Shown: positions 27,860 to 38,375 of the stretch, one piece after another | Layout of the letters: each line of letters starts with the position of its first letter | Numbering within the stretch: the first letter of the stretch is position 1 | Notes under the pieces: model-generated | What the model was told of the DNA's origin: nothing | Database searches by the model: none | What the model saw: only the letters and a program-made list of their open reading frames with translations | From: Promethearchaeota archaeon | Lineage (GTDB): Archaea > Asgardarchaeota > Lokiarchaeia > Sigyniarchaeales > SOKP01 | DNA length: 64,000 bases | Assembly: GCA_019058365.1 (NCBI GenBank) | Contig: JAHPZE010000001.1 | Coordinates: forward strand, 352,001 to 416,000 | Direction of reading: 5' to 3' | Translations under genes and position numbers: made by a program

Positions 27860-28048
27860 ATGACAAAAGAAATACAAGATCTTTATCGAATAAATGATAG
27901 GAATATTTTCAATTCTTATCGAGTAAAACAAAAAGAAAAAATAAATAATAATTGTATTACAAAAGAAGATTTTAAAGCCTCTATGAAGCAATGGCAACGT
28001 AAAAAGAAGATAGATAATTTGATTAGAAAGTTGGAGAATAAAATGTGA
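27860..28048 (+). CDS. Small basic hypothetical protein
   Basis: GAGGATG RBS-like sequence; 62 aa. Confidence 0.55.
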   Translation: MTKEIQDLYRINDRNIFNSYRVKQKEKINNNCITKEDFKASMKQWQRKKKIDNLIRKLENKM

Positions 28049-28130
28049 ATCATAATTACTTATTAGATTATTTTATTTAAAATTTGTAAAAAATAAATTC
28101 CAAATAAAAATAAAAGGGGTGATATGAAAA

Positions 28131-28460
28131 ATGTTAATAGCACAACCTGAAGTATTTTTTGAATTACTGCCAAAAAATAAAGTTAATTTATTAAAAGTCA
28201 TAGAAATGACTGAAAATCGAAAAATAAAAACTGAAAAAGTTTTTCAGCATTTATTAAATAGCTTTTTCCCATTTGATGCTATGTGTTGGGCTCTTGCAGA
28301 ACTTAATTTGATATTTGAGAAGGGGCATAAGAAATATTCTGAAAAGGACGTTATTAAAAAAGCTGAGGAGATTTTAGATTCATCATTGGATTATAAGACT
28401 ATCTGCTGGTTCATAGCATTATTTAAAGTTTACCTTGAGGAAATTGGAGATTATCCATAA
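28131..28460 (+). CDS. Hypothetical helical protein with two CW-xxA motifs
   Basis: FDAMCWALAEL and YKTICWFIA; GGGGTGA RBS. Confidence 0.7.
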   Translation: MLIAQPEVFFELLPKNKVNLLKVIEMTENRKIKTEKVFQHLLNSFFPFDAMCWALAELNLIFEKGHKKYSEKDVIKKAEEILDSSLDYKTICWFIALFKVYLEEIGDYP

Positions 28461-28506
28461 TAATATAGTTTAATAGAATTAAAAAAAAAAAAAAATTTTT
28501 TTAAAT

Positions 28507-29442
28507 TTAAAATTTCTGAGACCTAAGGAAAAATGAAAGATTTCTCTTAAGAACAGGAAGAACTCGTTCTGCATCAGGAGGAGAAAACATTTTAAGCTTT
28601 TTAGATAAGGAAGATGCTAATTTATCGTCTTTGGATCCGTCCAATAACAACCTAGTTTCTTCTTCTGTAATAGTCTCAAGCCTTTCTGTTAACCCGATTA
28701 CTTCGCGATTGCTTGGACAAGATTTTTGGCATCTCATACATCCAATTAAAGCGTTATGAGCATCAGAAGGAATCCAGTCTGGAATTATTCCTTTAATTTC
28801 ATTATACACAGAAATACATTTCCCTGCATTAATTACAAAATCATTATCAGTTGGTGCAGGTATTGCGTTTGTCGGGCAGTTATTAAAACAAATTGTGCAA
28901 TTTTCACATTGATCCATCATTTTTATTTCTGTCCAATGATCTTTTTCAAACTGAAAATCTGTAAAATAGGCAAATAAATTTATCATACTCCCCCAACCAT
29001 CAATATAACAAATATTATTCCTTCCATATTTTCCAAGCCCACTTCTAACAGCTAATAATTTCACATGTAGTTTATTAGTAAATTCAACTTTATATCCTGA
29101 TTCCTTTATTATCTCTTTTAATATTAGATTCTCGAAGTCTTCAAATGTTGTTCCATCATCATAATAATTGGGGGGTATCATGATTTCATGGTTCTTGCCA
29201 TCTAAATGAAAATTTACTAATGCTAACTTACTAAATATTGCAAGTATTACTATCGATTTAGCATTAGGAAGATTTTCTGGGATTTCAAACTTTTTACTGT
29301 CAATATAACTCCTATAAACTTCATTATCACTAAGTTTTCCCGCACGACGCAATTTATCGATATCTTCTTGAAGTTCTCCTAAATGTTCCACTGAAATGGT
29401 ACGATATTTATATTCAAAATTTAAATTATTGCGGCTATACGT
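28507..29442 (-). CDS. QueG/reductive-dehalogenase-like double-[4Fe-4S] protein; start GTG 29391 or ACG 29442
   Basis: LAVRSGLGKYGRNN, CENCTICFNNCPT, KCIS, GCMRCQKSCP. Confidence 0.82.
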   Translation of the reverse strand, partial: TYSRNNLNFEYKYRTISVEHLGELQEDIDKLRRAGKLSDNEVYRSYIDSKKFEIPENLPNAKSIVILAIFSKLALVNFHLDGKNHEIMIPPNYYDDGTTFEDFENLILKEIIKESGYKVEFTNKLHVKLLAVRSGLGKYGRNNICYIDGWGSMINLFAYFTDFQFEKDHWTEIKMMDQCENCTICFNNCPTNAIPAPTDNDFVINAGKCISVYNEIKGIIPDWIPSDAHNALIGCMRCQKSCPSNREVIGLTERLETITEEETRLLLDGSKDDKLASSLSKKLKMFSPPDAERVLPVLKRNLSFFLRSQKF

Positions 29443-29712
29443 AAATAATTACCTTTAAAATTTAGTAATTTAATTTCAGAAATTAAAAATATTAATGTTG
29501 TAGTATAATTTTAAATTTTACTGAATTGTCTTCTTCTGTTTAAATTTCTGGTCTTGTTCTAATATTGTTAATGAAATTTAAAACCTTAATTCAATTTAAT
29601 AAATGAAAGTTTGGAAAAACAAATTTGAAAAATATTAAAATTGCATATTAATAAATGGGTTGAATTATTTCATTAGAGGTAAGACATTTAGAGAAAAAGT
29701 TTATTTGATATA

Positions 29713-30567
29713 TTAAGTTGGAAATTTAATTTTATCTAAAGTGATTTCAAAATCTTTCTCTTTCTTTATGAGAACCCCCAAAAACGGAATTTCTTTTTTC
29801 AAATCATCCATTGTTATTCCACTTTTTAATAACACTCCAATCCAATCAAGAAGTTCAGAGGTAGAGGGCATTTTTCGAAGTTTTGTTATAGCTCTTAATG
29901 CATAAAAATGTTGTAAACATTGATCTAAGAGGTTTTGTTTTAAATTAGGGTAATGTAGTCTACAAATTTCTGCCATAAATGTTTTAGAGGGGAATTCAAT
30001 CCAGTGAAATACACATCTTCTTAGAAATGCATCAGGAAGTTCTTTTTCATTATTTGAAGTAATTACTACAATTGGTCTGGTTTTAGCTTTCACAAATTCT
30101 TTGGTCTCTTTAATGTAAAACTCCATAACATCTAATTCTTGAAGTAAGTCATTAGGAAATTCAATATCAGCTTTATCAATCTCATCTAATAAAAGAACAA
30201 CTTGTTCTTCAGAATCAAACGCATCTCCTAAAGGTCCAAGTGTTATATAATCATGTATATTATCAACATCTCGATCTTCGCAACCAAACCTACTATCATT
30301 CAGTCTCTGAACTGTATCATACATATAACATCCGTCAATAGCTTCAGTAGTACTTTTAATGTTCCATACTATTAATTTCTTATTTAAACTTTCAGCTATA
30401 GCATGTGCTAGCATTGTTTTTCCAGTTCCTGGTTCTCCTTTTACTAATAAAGGTCGTCCGAGAGCTATTGCAACGTTCACAATATTTCTAAGTTGAGGAT
30501 CAGCGAGATATTTCACATTCTGAGTTTTTACGTCTCCTTGGAATTTATTAAAACCAGTATTACTCAT
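29713..30567 (-). CDS. MoxR-family AAA+ ATPase (CoxD-like)
   Basis: GEPGTGKT, LLDEIDKAD, TSNNEKELPDAFLRRC. Confidence 0.92.
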   Translation of the reverse strand: MSNTGFNKFQGDVKTQNVKYLADPQLRNIVNVAIALGRPLLVKGEPGTGKTMLAHAIAESLNKKLIVWNIKSTTEAIDGCYMYDTVQRLNDSRFGCEDRDVDNIHDYITLGPLGDAFDSEEQVVLLLDEIDKADIEFPNDLLQELDVMEFYIKETKEFVKAKTRPIVVITSNNEKELPDAFLRRCVFHWIEFPSKTFMAEICRLHYPNLKQNLLDQCLQHFYALRAITKLRKMPSTSELLDWIGVLLKSGITMDDLKKEIPFLGVLIKKEKDFEITLDKIKFPT

Positions 30568-30866
30568 AATTGAAAGAAATTAATTTAAAATTAAATAATT
30601 TTTGAATAATTTTTATTAGATTTAATTAGAAATATAAAAAAATGAATAGCATTAATTTAGTTAAGATTAAAGATTCTTTTCTAAATAAATCTCTTTTTGG
30701 GTTGTAAATCCTTAAAAACTTATATTCTAACGAGTTCTATTCAAAAAATCGAATATTAATTTCTCTTTTGTATAATAAAAAATAAAAATAAATTTTAAAT
30801 AATCCTCATCAAATATAATTAACCATCTATTCCTCTTAAAATGGAATTTATAAAGAAAAGATTTAG

Positions 30867-31271
30867 GTGAAAACTAATTTGTCCAAAGAAAATGAAATGT
30901 TAGAAGAGTTAAAAAAAATTAGAGAATTTCTCACTCCCCCACCGACACCTCCGCCTCCAAAAAATTTACTTCAAGAATTTAAAGATTTTATCAAAACGTA
31001 TAAAGTAATGGGGCTTGCTGTCGCATTCATCATGGCTCTTTATCTTGGTCGACTTGTCCAATCCATAGTAACTGCATTCCTCTCACCACTTCTCAATAAT
31101 CTCTTCATACTAATTGGATTTCTAAATCCAGCGGTAGCTACCGCAGACCCATCATCGTATCCCTTAAACCTCAATCCCACATTATTCATTAGTGAATTAA
31201 TCACCTTTATAATCGTAGCAATCGTTATCTTCATCTTAGTAAAGTTGACAAAACGACTTGGAATTGAATAA
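30867..31271 (+). CDS. mscL: MscL-family mechanosensitive channel
   Basis: EFKDFI...VMGLAVAFIM, FISELITFIIVA; two TM helices. Confidence 0.8.
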   Translation: MKTNLSKENEMLEELKKIREFLTPPPTPPPPKNLLQEFKDFIKTYKVMGLAVAFIMALYLGRLVQSIVTAFLSPLLNNLFILIGFLNPAVATADPSSYPLNLNPTLFISELITFIIVAIVIFILVKLTKRLGIE

Positions 31272-31318
31272 ATAATACTTCAATTCAAAAAATTAAAAAA
31301 AAAAAATTTTTTTTTATT

Positions 31319-32506
31319 TTAATCTCTCTGACCTAAAACAGTTACGGAACAAACAGTAAATGCTCCACCCAAATTGTGGCATAACCCAACTTTTGCATCA
31401 GGAACTTGTCTTCCTTCAGCTCTTCCTTGGAGTTGTTTTGTTATTTCTGTCAACATTCTACATCCTGTACTTCCGATAGGATGCCCAAAACTTTTCAATC
31501 CTCCAGATGGATTAATTGCTATTTCGCCATCCCAATTAAATGTACCGTTTTTTAATTCTTCAGCTGCTTTTCCCCTCTCACAGAATTTTAAATCTTGACA
31601 ATTTAATAATTCAGTTATGGTAAAGCAATCATGAACTTCAGCGCAATCAATTTCTTTTCGCGGATTTGTAATTCCTGCTTCTTTATAAGCATATTCTCCA
31701 GCTTTCTCAGTTGCAGGAAAGTGTGTAAATTCTGCGCCAGGACCTCCCTGAGGAACGTACCAAGGGAAATTAGTTTGACATGAAATAGCATTGGCTTTAA
31801 CTAAGATATAATCATCAGCATGAGCATAACTTTCAGCTAATTCGGGTGTTGTCAATATAAGAGCAGCAGAACCATCACTCATAGCACAACAATCAAAGCG
31901 ACCAAGTGGGTCTGCAATCATCGGTGCTTTCATTACTTGGTCAATTGTTATTCTACTCCTAAAATGAGCTTTTGGATGGTCCGCACCATTATCATGATTT
32001 TTTACTGCTACTCGTGCTAAATCTTCCTTTGTCCAACCATACTCATGAAAACTTCTTGTTGCAGCCATAGAAAACATCGCTGGTGCGGATGGTGTTGGAT
32101 ATAATGGGTGTCCAAACTGCTTAAAACCTGGAAGTCCACTACCTCCCTCATCCATTAGTTTCTCTACTCCACACGCAAGTGCAACATCATATGCTCCAGA
32201 AGCAATAGCAAATGATGCATTTCTAAACGCATCCATTCCGCTCGCGCAATAATTTTCAACTCGAGTAGACGGTTTTCCGTCTAATCTTAGAATATCTTCA
32301 ACCATAGCACCGGAAAGACCAGTAAAGTAATAAAATATTCCGACCCAACTAGCATCAACCTCATCTTTTTTTATTCCAGCATCTTTAATTGCTCCTTGAA
32401 AGGCTTCAAAAAGAAGATCATATTGATTTTTATCCCATAATTCTCCATATTTCGTCATATCGCAGCCAATAATAGCAACTTTATCCTTAATTCCTTTTCT
32501 TCCCAT
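31319..32506 (-). CDS. Archaeal/SCP2-type thiolase (acetyl-CoA acetyltransferase)
   Basis: VENYCASG, EVHDCF, NPSGGL, GHPIGSTG, HNLGG. Confidence 0.92.
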   Translation of the reverse strand: MGRKGIKDKVAIIGCDMTKYGELWDKNQYDLLFEAFQGAIKDAGIKKDEVDASWVGIFYYFTGLSGAMVEDILRLDGKPSTRVENYCASGMDAFRNASFAIASGAYDVALACGVEKLMDEGGSGLPGFKQFGHPLYPTPSAPAMFSMAATRSFHEYGWTKEDLARVAVKNHDNGADHPKAHFRSRITIDQVMKAPMIADPLGRFDCCAMSDGSAALILTTPELAESYAHADDYILVKANAISCQTNFPWYVPQGGPGAEFTHFPATEKAGEYAYKEAGITNPRKEIDCAEVHDCFTITELLNCQDLKFCERGKAAEELKNGTFNWDGEIAINPSGGLKSFGHPIGSTGCRMLTEITKQLQGRAEGRQVPDAKVGLCHNLGGAFTVCSVTVLGQRD

Positions 32507-32521
32507 TTTTAATTACCTCCT

Positions 32522-33961
32522 TTATGGTCTCCCCCTTTCGGGACGACACTTCCAATAATAATTTTTAAATTCTGCACCTTCATGTTCTTTTCTAAAGGTT
32601 AATTCAACTCTCATACCAATTTGAACATTCTCTTCAGGTTTCTCGATTTCAGTCATATTTAATAGAACCCTTCCGCCACCATCTAAATCAACTACACATC
32701 GAGGCACTGGAGTATCAAGATAATTTCCTCCAACCAAATGATCTAAGGTATATGTAAAAATCGTACCTTTTAATCCAAGCTTCACCCGCTCAAGTTGGTC
32801 ATCAGCTCGACAGATATAACAAGATCTAAGCATATCTGGATATTGAATTGCTCCACAACTTTTACATTTTACGCCATACCATTTATATACTGATGCTGTG
32901 TCACGCCATATTAAAACAGCAGAACTTTTCCTGGTATATCTATCTTTTTCAAGAATTTCCTTAAAATCAAGAAATTTATCATAATTTTTTAATGATACCA
33001 TCGATTTTTGATGTCCTAAGACTCCCATTCGAGTTTTTCCAAGATCCCTTAGAGCATCTCTATTCTGAACTTGCAGTAATATCGCATCTGCTCCATCACC
33101 AAATCCTGCCATGATTATTTTTGCATCAGGTTTAGGTCTTCTTAAAGCACCGATAAATAATATAAATGGCATTGGAGTTCCTAAATCACCAAGTTGGAAA
33201 AACACACTGTTTTGAGCAACTCCTCCCGCAAATTTCATTATTTTTGAAACTCTGCCCTGCAATCGAGGATTATTATAATAATATGCTGCAGCACCGATCT
33301 CTTCTGGTTTCAAATTATTTCTCTTTAAAATTTCTGCCATTACTTTTGTGATACTCTCAAAGTAAAATTTTGTGTCCATTTTTACTTCATAAGTTCTTAT
33401 GAATTTATCCTTACCTGCTCTTTTCCAAGGTCCAGTAACATTTGCAGAAACTGAATAGTAGTCTTCTATAGATAACGGTAGATTATCCCCTTCAGCTATG
33501 AGTAAGGCAGCTGCACCATCAGCAAACCCATACTCCCACATTGTTGATGGTTCTGGAGCTCTAGTATCCGAGGCAACTACAAGAATGCTTTTAATATCTT
33601 TATTTGCTTTAATTGTATCAACTGCTCTTGACACTGCAGTTGTCCCTGCTTTTAAAGAATCTGTAAAATCTGCTGTTATTATATCTTCCCTCATATCTAA
33701 TATTGTCGCGATTAACGAAGCAGAATCTTTTTCTGTATATACTTGAGTTGTTGATGCAAAAAACAATCCATCAACTGCTTTAGGGTCAAAACCACTCAAA
33801 GCATCTAAACCAGCTTCAACAGCCATTGTAAGACTATCTTCATCAGCCATAGCTATAGATTTTGTTCCAGGAACGATTGGGAAATCCCACGCTTTTCCAA
33901 TAAGGTCTCGTGGCAATAAATACCTTGGCAAATAAGCTCCATACGATTTTATTCCTATCAA
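32522..33961 (-). CDS. HMG-CoA-synthase-like domain fused to a DUF35 zinc-ribbon/OB-fold
   Basis: GIKSYGAYLP, DEDSLTMAVEA, DGAAA; C-terminal CKSCG...CYIC, TIFTYT, VQIGMRVELTFR. Confidence 0.88.
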   Translation of the reverse strand: MIGIKSYGAYLPRYLLPRDLIGKAWDFPIVPGTKSIAMADEDSLTMAVEAGLDALSGFDPKAVDGLFFASTTQVYTEKDSASLIATILDMREDIITADFTDSLKAGTTAVSRAVDTIKANKDIKSILVVASDTRAPEPSTMWEYGFADGAAALLIAEGDNLPLSIEDYYSVSANVTGPWKRAGKDKFIRTYEVKMDTKFYFESITKVMAEILKRNNLKPEEIGAAAYYYNNPRLQGRVSKIMKFAGGVAQNSVFFQLGDLGTPMPFILFIGALRRPKPDAKIIMAGFGDGADAILLQVQNRDALRDLGKTRMGVLGHQKSMVSLKNYDKFLDFKEILEKDRYTRKSSAVLIWRDTASVYKWYGVKCKSCGAIQYPDMLRSCYICRADDQLERVKLGLKGTIFTYTLDHLVGGNYLDTPVPRCVVDLDGGGRVLLNMTEIEKPEENVQIGMRVELTFRKEHEGAEFKNYYWKCRPERGRP

Positions 33962-34231
33962 TTTTTATTTTCTCCCCTTTATATTTTTTTAATACTCATT
34001 TTAAAATTATTATATATATGATTTTGAATGCATCACGATAAATATATTTCCTCAAATTTGATCGAAAAAAAGAAATGAAAAGTATGACTAATTCTCAAGA
34101 TTTTTACTTTTTTGTACCACTATTTTAACAACAAGCATTTTAAAATTATAATTTAATTCATCAAATATGTTTAAGAATTTCAAAAAAAGGGAAAAACAAA
34201 ACAAATATAAAAAAAAATTGATTTTAGAAAT

Positions 34232-37200
34232 TTACTTTTTAAATTTCTTTTTAATTAGCACTAGAGTTGTAAGAGAGACTAATCCTACTAAAATAAATGG
34301 ATTATAACCTGGGATTCCACCTGATTCAGAAGGAGATAAAATTTCAAAATAGTCGCTATAATCATAAACATTAGGATGTAATATGTCTATAATTTTTATT
34401 CGATATTGATCTGAAGCATTTAGTTCTATTGGAAGTGACCAAGAAAATAAACCATCATTAGTTTCACTTGCACTTATTTCCATTATAAATTGGTTCCCAT
34501 CATATAGCTCTAATTTCACATTCGGAATTGTTCCTATTGAAGTCCAGTTTACATCATAAGATAATCCTATTATCCACTGACTAGCGCTTTCTGGTGCAGT
34601 AACTGTAATTGAAGGAGTGAAGATTTCAAAATATTCACTTGTATCAACATTATCGAAATAATCCATATCAATCAGTTTTATTTGATATTGGGTAGAATCT
34701 GTTAATCCTTCGGGAATTACCCATAGGAAATCACCATCATTAGGGGTACTACCAATAATTTCAGATACAAATACTCCACCTCGATAGAGTTCAATTTTAA
34801 CATTCTTAATATTTGGTGTCGGATCCCATGTTATGTGATAGGAACCATAAACCTCCCATGTGGAAGCTGTATCAGGTGTGATAATATGATTTGTGTAATC
34901 ATAACTAGTCGGACTATACATCACTAAGTTTTCAAGTAATTTTGTATAATTGAAATTTGCATTCCATTCAAGAGTCTGAGTATACATTACTATATACCCA
35001 CTTCCATATTCTAATTCAAGTAACACAGGATTAGAGCTCGCAACATCAAGTAGAATCTCTTTTGCTTGAGCAGGATAGGAATGAAAATATCCATGTGCAG
35101 ACCACCCCCAATCATCGAGCCCATCATCTTCGACTAAGTAAGGATTGAGTAACACAGGATGATAGGGTATATTAATTGAAACATTGTTAAGATAGGATTG
35201 TGTCTTATTAATACCTCCAGGTAATAAATAGGAATCATCCCATACTCCACCACCCCATCCGCTATCACAAGCAGAGAATTGTAAAATTCCACCATTAAAC
35301 GCATAATCTTCAAACCAAGTAACATTTCCAGCAAGTCTATCGTAGAATGCTTGGGTTTGGTCGGAAGAAATTATCACTTTATCATAAGGTGAGAGATCTA
35401 CTGAACCAAAATCTAAAGAGTCATACATATCATATGTGATATTATATTTGACTAATATAGGTTCTGTATCATTATTATTCCATGGATATCTATCTTGAAA
35501 CATTGCAACGGGACCTAAAATTGGGATGTATTTTGAATCAAGATAGATGTATAAGTAATCATCATCCCCATTCCAGTTAATAAAATCATTGTATGATTTT
35601 TCATAGAATCCAGGATAAGTAACATTTACAGTCCACCATCCAATATATAAACCTGTTACATTATAGAACCCAGAGCTATCTGTAAAGCCTTCATTGAATA
35701 ATTCTCCATTTGACATGTTATAACATCTTACATATGCATTTTCAATAGGATTAGTTGTGACACTATCACGTACCCTCACTTCAATATAGCCACTATCGGG
35801 GGGCAAAGGATCCATTCCAAAGTAAAGATAATCGTCATCCCCATTATAATTAATAAATTCCGAGAGCACCTTATCATAGTATCCTACTTTTGATACATAA
35901 ACATCATACCATCCTACATCCAATCCTGTTATATTATAAAACCCACTGCTATCTGTAGATCCAGAAGCTACTATATCATTAGTTGCATTTCTACATGTTA
36001 CGAGAGCAGATTGAATTGGGTTTGTGGTTATACTATCTTCAACCGTTACTTCAATATAACCTGTGGGAGGTGGGATAGGAGGATCGTTCACAGTTATTTG
36101 CGTTGAAATATATGCTATATTATCACTCTCATCAAATTCATCGATATAATCATATCTGTCGATAATCCATCCGACATAATAATTCCCAGCAGGAATGCTA
36201 GATGGAAAAGTGCCAGACCATAATGAATCTCCATAACTAAAAGGAGAAATTGATGACACATAATCAACACCTATTAAATAGTCAGCTGTGGATATAACAG
36301 TATTAGTAGAAGCATAATAATAAACATAGAAGCCTCCCGTATAGGCGGTTCCTACATTTCTTACATCACTCCATACACTAAAACTGGTTTGTCCTCTGGT
36401 TACTGTTCCTGTATTATAACCTGAATAAGTTGAGCCTCTATCTTTCATATCGGGTTTATCGGTAGGTGATGTATCTGCTGCTAACCAGTCAAAAATCCTA
36501 TTGTATTTATCAGTATTAAATCTCGTACCGTAATTCGAGAGTGTACCGCCCCTACCATAGGCATGAATTGTAAGTACATAACGATTCCCCCCAGTATATT
36601 TCCAAATTGGCATTCCACTCTGTCCTCCAGCCGTATCTATCCAGTAATAATGATTATACTCTGTTGCACCATCTCCATAGTCAAAATCAAAATACATGTC
36701 CTCACCACCTGCTAAATCAGCGGGATAACCAGCACTATTTACTCCATCAGTATAAAGAGTATCAGATGAAGCCGCTGTCATCCGTCCCATCCATCCAGTA
36801 TAAGATCCAACATTTCGATCAAGAGTTAGCATAGCCCAATCATGTTCTGGCATCTGTGATGAGGTCCATCCTGAATAAGAACGCATATATGTCATATATG
36901 CATGTCCAAATGGATCCCAACTACCATCTTTGCCAGGAACTACTTCAATTTCAGTTGCCCATCCACCATGACCATGAATATAGGCACAATGACCCGCTGT
37001 TAAAACATGAAAACCATCAACAATAAAGCCGGATCCAATCCAATGAGAAGCATCAGGGGCAGTAATGTATAATTTGCAAATCGTATTCCATGGGAAAGAT
37101 TCTGTATTAGAAATATAGGTACGATCATCAGGAAGTATAACATCCTCTGGTGTAGGGTAGTTTAAAAGACCTCTATATTCCTCTACGATTGAAGGATAGT

Positions 37201-37576
37201 CATTTAGTGAATTTTCAAGGGATTCAATATTTTCTACTCCAGTTTGTAGATCATAACCAACAGTTTCAAGATTATTTACCCCCGTTTCAGTATTTTGTGC
37301 TGAAAATTCTAATGCTTGTTCAATAGGTAACCATTCAAAATCATCTCTATTTTTTATAGGTTCTATTACTTCTTCCTCGAAATCTACATTACTATTCATA
37401 ATAGATAAATCCGGAGCAGTCTTAATTTGAGGTGTTTTAGTAGGTATACCATAACTATTGCTGAAAGATACCATTGAAAAGGAGAAAGATAAGATTAGTC
37501 CTAAAATTCCGAAAAAAATTACTTTATTTTTATGTAATTTCATTGTTCGTCTCCAAATTTTTATTCTTTTTACCAT
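34232..37576 (-). CDS. Secreted trypsin-like (glutamyl-endopeptidase-type) serine protease with CARDB/Ig-like stalk domains and a Loki-CTERM-type anchor
   Basis: Signal helix; catalytic triad LTAGHC, HDWAML, GGQSG; C-terminal IPGY-TM-KKKFKK. Confidence 0.88.
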   Translation of the reverse strand: MVKRIKIWRRTMKLHKNKVIFFGILGLILSFSFSMVSFSNSYGIPTKTPQIKTAPDLSIMNSNVDFEEEVIEPIKNRDDFEWLPIEQALEFSAQNTETGVNNLETVGYDLQTGVENIESLENSLNDYPSIVEEYRGLLNYPTPEDVILPDDRTYISNTESFPWNTICKLYITAPDASHWIGSGFIVDGFHVLTAGHCAYIHGHGGWATEIEVVPGKDGSWDPFGHAYMTYMRSYSGWTSSQMPEHDWAMLTLDRNVGSYTGWMGRMTAASSDTLYTDGVNSAGYPADLAGGEDMYFDFDYGDGATEYNHYYWIDTAGGQSGMPIWKYTGGNRYVLTIHAYGRGGTLSNYGTRFNTDKYNRIFDWLAADTSPTDKPDMKDRGSTYSGYNTGTVTRGQTSFSVWSDVRNVGTAYTGGFYVYYYASTNTVISTADYLIGVDYVSSISPFSYGDSLWSGTFPSSIPAGNYYVGWIIDRYDYIDEFDESDNIAYISTQITVNDPPIPPPTGYIEVTVEDSITTNPIQSALVTCRNATNDIVASGSTDSSGFYNITGLDVGWYDVYVSKVGYYDKVLSEFINYNGDDDYLYFGMDPLPPDSGYIEVRVRDSVTTNPIENAYVRCYNMSNGELFNEGFTDSSGFYNVTGLYIGWWTVNVTYPGFYEKSYNDFINWNGDDDYLYIYLDSKYIPILGPVAMFQDRYPWNNNDTEPILVKYNITYDMYDSLDFGSVDLSPYDKVIISSDQTQAFYDRLAGNVTWFEDYAFNGGILQFSACDSGWGGGVWDDSYLLPGGINKTQSYLNNVSINIPYHPVLLNPYLVEDDGLDDWGWSAHGYFHSYPAQAKEILLDVASSNPVLLELEYGSGYIVMYTQTLEWNANFNYTKLLENLVMYSPTSYDYTNHIITPDTASTWEVYGSYHITWDPTPNIKNVKIELYRGGVFVSEIIGSTPNDGDFLWVIPEGLTDSTQYQIKLIDMDYFDNVDTSEYFEIFTPSITVTAPESASQWIIGLSYDVNWTSIGTIPNVKLELYDGNQFIMEISASETNDGLFSWSLPIELNASDQYRIKIIDILHPNVYDYSDYFEILSPSESGGIPGYNPFILVGLVSLTTLVLIKKKFKK

Positions 37577-37587
37577 TTTTATTTAAA

Positions 37588-37613
37588 TTTAACGTTCAAA
37601 AATAAACGTTAAA
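37588..37613. promoter_or_regulatory. Perfect inverted repeat TTTAACGTT-N8-AACGTTAAA at the protease promoter
   Basis: 9-bp arms between the TATA-like element (~37635) and the start codon. Confidence 0.55.
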
Positions 37614-37816
37614 CTTAATAATACAATTCGCAAATATAAATATTTGTTAATTGCTTCCAATTTTGTACTACGAATTTTAATAGCACTTAATTTTTTGCTT
37701 GATTCTACGTTAAGAGTTTAGAAATTAAAATAAATCAAATTCATATTCTTTTATAAATTTTAAAATTTAAAGAAAAGTAATAAAGTAATTCTAAAAATAT
37801 AAAAAATTAAAGAATA

Positions 37817-38176
37817 ATGGCACTTATATTTTATGATAAAATTGGAACTCCAATGGCTTATACTGATGATAATATACATATTTTTTATTTTACTGGTGAA
37901 ACAATTGCATATATCCATGGAATATCAATATATAATTATGAAGGAAAGCACTTAGGATTTTTTAAAGATGGATGGATTAGAGATAATAATGGAAAGTGTG
38001 TCATCTTCACAAAAGGTGCCATAGATGGTCCAAAGAAAAGAACGCAAGACATTGCCCCCGTTAAAAGCCAAAAATTGAATATTCCAAATAAAAAACCTAA
38101 AGAAAATAAAAATAAGGAGTTCCTAGTTAAGCAAGAATGGTCTGAGTTAGCAGTAAAAGAGTTTTTCGATCAATAA
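37817..38176 (+). CDS. Small beta-repeat (4-fold beta-flower-like) protein
   Basis: Repeats FYDKIGTPMAY, FYFTGETIAY, YNYEGKHLGF, RDNNGKCVIF. Confidence 0.65.
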   Translation: MALIFYDKIGTPMAYTDDNIHIFYFTGETIAYIHGISIYNYEGKHLGFFKDGWIRDNNGKCVIFTKGAIDGPKKRTQDIAPVKSQKLNIPNKKPKENKNKEFLVKQEWSELAVKEFFDQ

Positions 38177-38375
38177 CCTTATTGAATAATATTTAATTTT
38201 GATCTATAATGAAAGAAATATTGTTAATATCCCAATGATCAAATAGAATAGAGAATGGAGTCTTTAGCGAGATTTTATAAAAAGAAATATAAAAAATCAG
38301 ATTTAAAAATAGTTTTTGAGCCCAAGCATTTGCGGTTTTTACAGGTTAGATTTGAGCAAATTACTCTCTAAAAAA

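Noticed and set aside
28481-31318. A-run/T-run palindromes at 28481-28502 and ~31293-31315 as special elements
   Set aside because: They lie between convergent genes and are explained as bidirectional oligo-T terminators.
38255-38371. 38-aa plus-strand ORF MESLARFYKKK...
   Set aside because: Short, no recognisable motif, preceded by an in-frame stop; not distinguishable from chance or a remnant.
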